DNA from: Candidatus Nomurabacteria bacterium
GTDB lineage: Bacteria; Patescibacteriota; Patescibacteriia; UBA1558; GWA2-36-10
DNA length: 64,000 nucleotides
NCBI GenBank assembly: GCA_020632415.1
Contig: JACKFO010000002.1
Coordinates: 450,732 to 514,731, forward strand
Direction: 5' to 3'
Part shown: in pieces, positions 58,638-64,000 of the stretch
Numbering within the stretch: the first letter of the stretch is position 1
Layout of the letters: each line of letters begins with the position of its first letter
Notes under the pieces: model-generated
What the model saw: the letters and a program-made list of their open reading frames with translations, nothing else
Told to the model about the DNA's origin: nothing
Databases searched by the model: none
Program-made: the position numbers and the translations under genes

Positions 58638-59045
58638 CTATTTACCGAATAACCAATTGCTAATCACTTCCCAGCCAGCCAAAGTTACTTGCCAAGGGTC
58701 TGACAAAAAAGCAATTAAGGTGAAGAAAATCAGCATGACCAAGATAAGTAAAATTGTCAAAAAGGCCCAAATCATCACTTCCCAGCTCTCTAGCTTGATT
58801 AGCTCATTGCCCATCAAATTACCGGCAAAAAGCTGAACGCTCATAATCAAATAAGCAACAATAATCCCTACTAAAGTAGCTGCAAAAGCTGCATTAATTG
58901 TTCTAAGAATGGCTTGCTTACTTTTTTTGATTACTTCTTTCTTCAATTTATCCTTTGCTTGAGCTGCTGCCTGGGCTTTCAAGCTTTGTAAACGATCATT
59001 TTGTAAGCTTCGACTATTTTGTTGTTCTAAAGCTAACTCCGCCAT
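58638..59045 (-). CDS. Small polytopic membrane protein (2-3 TM) in the T4SS-like cluster, unknown
   Basis: N-terminal basic/coiled region followed by two or three hydrophobic helices. Confidence 0.35.
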   Translation of the reverse strand: MAELALEQQNSRSLQNDRLQSLKAQAAAQAKDKLKKEVIKKSKQAILRTINAAFAATLVGIIVAYLIMSVQLFAGNLMGNELIKLESWEVMIWAFLTILLILVMLIFFTLIAFLSDPWQVTLAGWEVISNWLFGK

Positions 59046-59048
59046 AAG

Positions 59049-59627
59049 TTATTCTTGCCAATCAACTTGATTAACTAACCATTTTTGATTTGAATTAACT
59101 AAATAAACTAAAACATCCTGATAATAAATTTTTTCTACAAGATTATTATCTGTCTCCACTCTTTGAGTGTGGACCAAAATCTTTGCTTGGCCATTTTCCT
59201 CATCTAAACTTTCTACTTCTGCTGAAAGACTCTTGGTGCTAACACCATAAAAATCTTCTCTTTGATAATTTATCTCAATACTATTAATATAGTTTTTCAT
59301 GCTATTAGTAGCTAGGGATAATAGTTGTTGTAAATTTTCTCCTTGATTATCAGTTGACCAGCTACCAAAACGAGCAACAAAAGTTTTGGCCAAATTTGCT
59401 ACTGTAAATTCAGTACTTGCTTCTTGACTCGGCGAAATTAATTCTAATTTTGGACTATCGGATTCAAAAACTGGCTGATTGTCGACAGTGTATGGGTCGT
59501 TCTTAAGGTTTTGCTGACTTTTTTGTAAGCTAAAAATTAACCACAAAATTCCAATTAAAACCAAAACTATAATGCTAATTAAAATCAATTTTTGTTTTTT
59601 ACTCAGCGAGCTAAACTTATTATTCAT
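59049..59627 (-). CDS. Bitopic membrane protein, VirB8-like topology (N-in TM plus about 160-aa extracytoplasmic domain)
   Basis: Short cytoplasmic tail, one TM (LILISIIVLVLIGILWLIF), and a C-terminal soluble domain. It lies immediately downstream of the VirB4-like ATPase. Confidence 0.3.
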   Translation of the reverse strand: MNNKFSSLSKKQKLILISIIVLVLIGILWLIFSLQKSQQNLKNDPYTVDNQPVFESDSPKLELISPSQEASTEFTVANLAKTFVARFGSWSTDNQGENLQQLLSLATNSMKNYINSIEINYQREDFYGVSTKSLSAEVESLDEENGQAKILVHTQRVETDNNLVEKIYYQDVLVYLVNSNQKWLVNQVDWQE

Positions 59628-59636
59628 AAAATTTTA

Positions 59637-61505
59637 TTATAATTCTTTTTCTAACATTGCTTCTTCAAACTCTTTTTTAGCATCCTCAATCTCTAACAAC
59701 TGTCTTGGATCGGAAGTAATGATTTGATGCTCAGCATAAGAAGCTTGTACTTTGATCGCTGCGTGTTTTGAACCAGCGAAAAATATACCCTCTCCCACTC
59801 CCGATTCTAACAATAAATATTTCTCACCATCAGTCAACATAAAAGTTTGTTGGACTAGATTGATTGACGCTGGCGATTGTTTTAATAGCAACTGCAAAGA
59901 AGAGTTGGTCACAATCGCCGATCCATATGGAGAAGTCAAAAAGTCATTAACATCCTGTGTGATGGTCGTGATGCCCAAATAATATTTACGACAACGTTTA
60001 ACCAAAGCGTACATAAACTTAGCACTATCCTCATAACGCATCATGATCCAAGCTTCGTCAACAACCAAAATTCTCTTTTTCATTTCGCTCCGAATAATAT
60101 TCCAGATGTAATTCATGATCACATACATAGCAATCGGCCTTAACTCATCTTCCAAATCACGAATACTAAAAACGACTAATTGATTATTGAGCTTGATATT
60201 GGTCGGATTGTTAAATAAGCCAGCAAAAGTACCTTCGGTGTATTTCTTGATTCTAAGTGCCATATCTTCTCCGCCTTCCATGCCTAACAAAATTTCTTCC
60301 AAATCAGACATCAATGGTGGCTCAATGGTCGAAAGATCAGAGCTAGAAGTAATGTCTTTTTTAGCATAAGTTTCAAGTAATGCCCGATCTAACAAAGAAT
60401 CCTCCGCGTGAGTTAATTCGCCAATCATCAAACGAACTAAACCTTTTAGAGTAATCACAGCACTACGCAAAATATCCTCTGCCTTGCTATCTCCAGAAAT
60501 TCCTCGTGGTAAATCAAAAGGATTTAACTTGCTTTCAGAGTTCAAAGAAACATTGATATAAGTCCCGCCAACAGCTTCGGCTAAATGCTCATATTCATTT
60601 TCTGGATCAATAATAATCACATCAGTGCCAAGCATCAAAGATCTTAAAACCTCTAGTTTAATCGCATAACTTTTTCCCGCACCAGAGGTAGCAAAAACTA
60701 CCGCATTAGCATTTTGCAAACTAAAACGATCAAACAAGATCAAGCTATTGTTATGACGATTGATTCCAAATAAAATTCCCTGATCAGAAGTCAGCTCACT
60801 TGAGACAAAAGGGAAAGATGAAGCAATTGGTGAACTATTCATGTTCGTTGCAATCATTAATTCATCGTTGCCAAGTGGTAAAGTAGAATTAAATCCTTGC
60901 TCAGTTTGAAAAAATGCTTTTCGAGAATAAATCAATTGCGTACCAAGTAGATTTTCTACTCTGTCCGTTGCTAGTTCCAGCTCATCTTTGTCTTTGCCAT
61001 AAATTGTAATATACAAACCAAATTGGAAAAATTTTTCTGTACCTTGAGATAAGCCATCTCGCAAAGCTTCGATGTCTTGTAAAGCAGTTTCGACAATCGG
61101 ATCACGCGGGGCTCCTTTTTCATGATCAGCAACGATTTGCGCTTCCATTGTACCGACTTTATTACGAAGCTGTTTTAAAACCATCGGAATATCCATTGGG
61201 TAGAAAAACATCGAAATATCCAAAACCAAACTTTCATTGATAATCGGCGCAAACCAACCGACCGAAACATAACGAGGATAAGTCATCACAAACAGAGTTC
61301 GTAAATAAAGATTATTTAAGCGCAGCAAATTACTATCTATTTCCAAAGCAGCTGGCGCGATAATATCACGCACCGAAACAACGCCTTCACGAAAAACCTT
61401 TTCCGCTTCAAGCAAAGACTTGTCCTGGGCTACTATCTTTGGGTCAATTTCCTTTTTCTTTGGCTGAGTTTGGCTATTTTGTTTTATTTTGTTAGTTTCA
61501 AACAT
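59637..61505 (-). CDS. VirB4/TrbE/CagE-family type IV secretion ATPase
   Basis: Walker A FATSGAGKSYAI. Walker B is VirB4-specific, RILVVDEAWIMM (DEAW). TQ motif GITTITQDVNDF. 622 aa. Confidence 0.8.
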   Translation of the reverse strand: MFETNKIKQNSQTQPKKKEIDPKIVAQDKSLLEAEKVFREGVVSVRDIIAPAALEIDSNLLRLNNLYLRTLFVMTYPRYVSVGWFAPIINESLVLDISMFFYPMDIPMVLKQLRNKVGTMEAQIVADHEKGAPRDPIVETALQDIEALRDGLSQGTEKFFQFGLYITIYGKDKDELELATDRVENLLGTQLIYSRKAFFQTEQGFNSTLPLGNDELMIATNMNSSPIASSFPFVSSELTSDQGILFGINRHNNSLILFDRFSLQNANAVVFATSGAGKSYAIKLEVLRSLMLGTDVIIIDPENEYEHLAEAVGGTYINVSLNSESKLNPFDLPRGISGDSKAEDILRSAVITLKGLVRLMIGELTHAEDSLLDRALLETYAKKDITSSSDLSTIEPPLMSDLEEILLGMEGGEDMALRIKKYTEGTFAGLFNNPTNIKLNNQLVVFSIRDLEDELRPIAMYVIMNYIWNIIRSEMKKRILVVDEAWIMMRYEDSAKFMYALVKRCRKYYLGITTITQDVNDFLTSPYGSAIVTNSSLQLLLKQSPASINLVQQTFMLTDGEKYLLLESGVGEGIFFAGSKHAAIKVQASYAEHQIITSDPRQLLEIEDAKKEFEEAMLEKEL

Positions 61506-62184
61506 CAGTTTCCACTTTTAATTTATTTATATCCTCCAAAGGTTGTTTTTGAAACAAATCTGGATTGTAACTATTGTAATAAAGCTCAATCAAAGCCTGT
61601 GTGTCTAAACGTTGTGAACTAAGTCCCAGAGAAGAAAGTCCAGCTTCAATAAAACTACAACGTTTATCTAATTCTGCAGCTGACTCAGCAAATCTTTTGC
61701 GACTTAATTTAATCACTTTGGCTGTTGAAAATACTGAAGATAATCTGGTCGCAAAATTTTTCTTTTTATTTCCTGCTTCACTATAAGGAACGGTAATAAA
61801 AAATTTCTTACTCATGATTTTTTCCAAGGTCAACAATTCAGAAATAAACTGCTGATAATCAGCAATCTGCATTCTTAATAATTCGTTGGTCTGTTCTTTT
61901 TCTGATTTTTTTAATTTCTCTAAATAATCATCAATATTCAACGGTCGAGATTGAACTACGACTTGTAAAGGATAATCTAAAGTATTTAAAAACCCAACAT
62001 AAGCACCAATAATAGCTTTTTGTTCATCTTCTGATTTTAAGTCAAAATTAATCGAAGAAATCAACAAAACGCCCCTAACTGTACCATCGTTCAAAATCAC
62101 CACATCATCTTGAATAGCGGCAATATCTAGATACTTTTGACTAGAATTCGCTGGCTTTGAACCGGCTAATTTTTTATTCTTCAT
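61498..62184 (-). CDS. Hypothetical 228-aa soluble protein translationally coupled to the VirB4-like gene (8-nt overlap). Possibly a detached VirB4 N-terminal domain.
   Basis: The stop TGA overlaps the downstream ATG (ATGTTTGA). No TM segments and no identifiable motif. Confidence 0.4.
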   Translation of the reverse strand: MKNKKLAGSKPANSSQKYLDIAAIQDDVVILNDGTVRGVLLISSINFDLKSEDEQKAIIGAYVGFLNTLDYPLQVVVQSRPLNIDDYLEKLKKSEKEQTNELLRMQIADYQQFISELLTLEKIMSKKFFITVPYSEAGNKKKNFATRLSSVFSTAKVIKLSRKRFAESAAELDKRCSFIEAGLSSLGLSSQRLDTQALIELYYNSYNPDLFQKQPLEDINKLKVETDV

Positions 62185-62187
62185 AAA

Positions 62188-62646
62188 CTATTTATAATTA
62201 ACCTTATTTACTCGGTTAGCAAGCTTCTCACCTTTATAGACGCCTCCAGTATCAATAATCAAAGATAATTCTGAAAGTTTGCTACTAGGCAATAATCTTT
62301 TTGGTTTAATATAAACATCTCTTTGATTTTCATTTTTTGATTTGAACTCTTCAGTTCTGATGTTTTGTTTCTGCCAAATTCTAATTTTTGGTCTTAAGGC
62401 GCTGTTTAAAAAATTAACAAAAAATAAATGAAAAGGCGCGCCATTAACTTTGACAAAAGCAAACAACAAAGTGAAAGCGACGATTAAAAAAGCCTCTAAA
62501 ATAAATAAAGTAAAATCTGCTAATTTATAAGCTGCAAAAATAAACAAAGCGCCAACGACCACAATGATAAATTGCCTGACTGTTACTGGTCCAAAGATTT
62601 TATCTTCGGCGTCAATAAATTGTGGAACAATAAAACGCTGATCCAT
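62188..62646 (-). CDS. Small two-TM membrane protein with a basic C-terminus (VirB3-like position upstream of VirB4)
   Basis: 152 aa with two adjacent hydrophobic helices (FIIVVVGALFIFAAY..., FTLFILEAFLIVAFTLLFAF). Confidence 0.35.
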   Translation of the reverse strand: MDQRFIVPQFIDAEDKIFGPVTVRQFIIVVVGALFIFAAYKLADFTLFILEAFLIVAFTLLFAFVKVNGAPFHLFFVNFLNSALRPKIRIWQKQNIRTEEFKSKNENQRDVYIKPKRLLPSSKLSELSLIIDTGGVYKGEKLANRVNKVNYK

Positions 62647-62647
62647 A

Positions 62648-64000
62648 TTAAAACCTTAAATTCTTATTCAGATCAGAAATTGCTGAAAACTCTTCGACTG
62701 TTAATGTTTCTTGATTACTATCAAGTTTATTTTTGATAATTGAAGCTACTTCTTTTCCTTGAGCCAAACTCTCTTCTCCTAAAGATAAATAATGACCGTA
62801 AACAGGACTATTACGCCAAGCCTCTATCCCTTGAGCTTTCTTGGTCACCGAATCTTTTTCCAAAAGATTAATCTTAGAAAAAAGTTTAGCAATTTGCTCT
62901 GAAGGAGAATTTCCTAAATGACGAAAATTTTCTAAACTTAAATTTTGCAATTCTTCAATCGGTCCGGTTAAATTTACCTGGCGTTTTGGTGGAACAGGCA
63001 TTGACAAGTCTGCTTCGTTTGTTTGAGCATTTTCTTTGCTAGTCACATCGCTTAATTGTTTTTTGGCCAGATTTGCTTTTGGTCGAAAAACTTTTGGTAA
63101 AGACTCTAGTTCTACTGGTGCCTCTTCTTTTTCAATCGGCAAATCCTCTGCCTTCTGTTTTTCTGGCTCCTTTATTTCTTCTTCTGAGCTCTTATTTGCC
63201 TTGTCATCTTGAGCCTCACTAACAGGAGCTTCCATGTTTGGAGAAGCAATTTCTTCAGCTGAATCGTCTTCAACTTCATCTTTTTTTTCTTCTTGGCCTT
63301 GATTTAAATCAGACAAAATATTTTCAATTTCTCCTTGCGTTGCTTCAACGCCTATTTTTTCTTCCTCATCTTTTTCTGGATTTTCTTCTGAAATTTCTGC
63401 GTTTAACTCTTTTTCTAATTCTTCAACTGGACTAGTTGGTAAACCAGAATGTAAATCTGCAACCGCTTTTGATAGATCTTCAGCTAACTCTGGTTGTTCT
63501 GCTTGAACATCGTTATTTTTCTGCGCAGCTTTCAAATCCTCTGCTTTGACTACCAGACCGCCGGCTTGATCAATGTCATTTTTAATCGTCTTGATAATCG
63601 AAACTAGACTATTTACAGTTTCTTCTGACAAAACTTTTTCTCCTTCAAAAACATTTTCTGATAAATTTTCTCGAACAATAATAGCATTTTTACGATTCCT
63701 AAAAAAATCAAAAATAATCTGAGAAAACTTGGCCTTCATTGCTAAATCCAATTTTAACTTATGACCTGAGATTAATTTGTCAATAATTTTCTCCAAACTA
63801 TACTTTTTGCTATCGTCCTGTGGTAAATTTTTAGCCAAAAGCTCAACTTCTTTTTGGTCATCCGGATGAAAAGAAAAGTGAGCCAAATCTTGATCATTGT
63901 GATCAGAATTTTGCTCTGCGGCTAAAAAATGATCATCTTCGGGCACTTTTGCCTCTTGGGCCACCTGACTTGCTGGTTTAACTATCGAAGTATCAAAAAT
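62648..64000 (-). CDS. Acidic, E/K/D-rich low-complexity protein, N-terminally partial (frame open to the window end)
   Basis: The 438+ aa ORF continues without a stop to position 64000. It is highly charged and probably disordered or coiled. Confidence 0.4.
   Translation of the reverse strand: MFDTSIVKPASQVAQEAKVPEDDHFLAAEQNSDHNDQDLAHFSFHPDDQKEVELLAKNLPQDDSKKYSLEKIIDKLISGHKLKLDLAMKAKFSQIIFDFFRNRKNAIIVRENLSENVFEGEKVLSEETVNSLVSIIKTIKNDIDQAGGLVVKAEDLKAAQKNNDVQAEQPELAEDLSKAVADLHSGLPTSPVEELEKELNAEISEENPEKDEEEKIGVEATQGEIENILSDLNQGQEEKKDEVEDDSAEEIASPNMEAPVSEAQDDKANKSSEEEIKEPEKQKAEDLPIEKEEAPVELESLPKVFRPKANLAKKQLSDVTSKENAQTNEADLSMPVPPKRQVNLTGPIEELQNLSLENFRHLGNSPSEQIAKLFSKINLLEKDSVTKKAQGIEAWRNSPVYGHYLSLGEESLAQGKEVASIIKNKLDSNQETLTVEEFSAISDLNKNLRF

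Overview
This is an AT-rich (about one-third GC), tightly packed bacterial chromosome segment. Its gene content is consistent with a small-genome, probably episymbiotic Patescibacteria/CPR-like organism; that placement is inference from gene content only.

Main blocks:
- 1-4.1 kb: a 5'-partial coiled-coil protein, miaB and miaA tRNA-modification genes, and one GC-rich orphan receiver-domain gene.
- 4.1-11.9 kb, minus strand: an overlapping-gene operon for thymidylate/dNTP salvage (gatB, tmk, tdk, dut, folA, a tandem-domain ThyX-like protein, a P-loop kinase, Nudix, dCMP deaminase), plus YgjP-like and YigZ/IMPACT genes.
- 12-15 kb: mfd.
- 15.5-17.6 kb: smpB directly abutting tmRNA (ssrA), then infC (AUU start), rpmI and rplT.
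- 17.6-23.5 kb: vanZ-like, tRNA-Asp, lgt, dsbA-like, gatCA and ligA.
- 23.6-47.8 kb, mostly minus strand: a roughly 24 kb type IV pilus super-locus. It holds four minor pilins (PilX/W/V/FimU-like), pilD, three major-pilin paralogs with near-identical 5' cassettes interleaved with a GT2 glycosyltransferase and a SAM methyltransferase, a divergent polytopic membrane/TPR protein, and pilC. These are followed by a PilT-like ATPase with degenerate catalytic motifs, a CheY-like receiver, pilB and pilONM, and at the upstream end a Cys-rich 'GWAW' secreted protein and three paralogous Gly-rich fibre/adhesin-like secreted proteins that share a conserved Cys-containing C-terminal module.
- 47.9-56.3 kb, plus strand: lemA-htpX, a ClpC-like AAA+ chaperone, comFC, three tRNAs (Ser-GCU, Arg, Ser-UGA) and recG.
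- 56.3-64.0 kb, minus strand: a type IV secretion-like cluster (VirB4/TrbE ATPase with DEAW motif, small membrane proteins, a VirB8-like bitopic protein, a beta-propeller, and a pilin-topology protein fused to a Cys-rich domain).

No rRNA, CRISPR, IS element or prophage signal was seen.

The most interesting candidates are the fibre/adhesin paralog family heading the T4P locus, the apparently catalytically dead PilT, the pilin multigene/glycosylation arrangement, the T4SS-like cluster, two GC-rich islands, and a GC-rich structured intergenic element.
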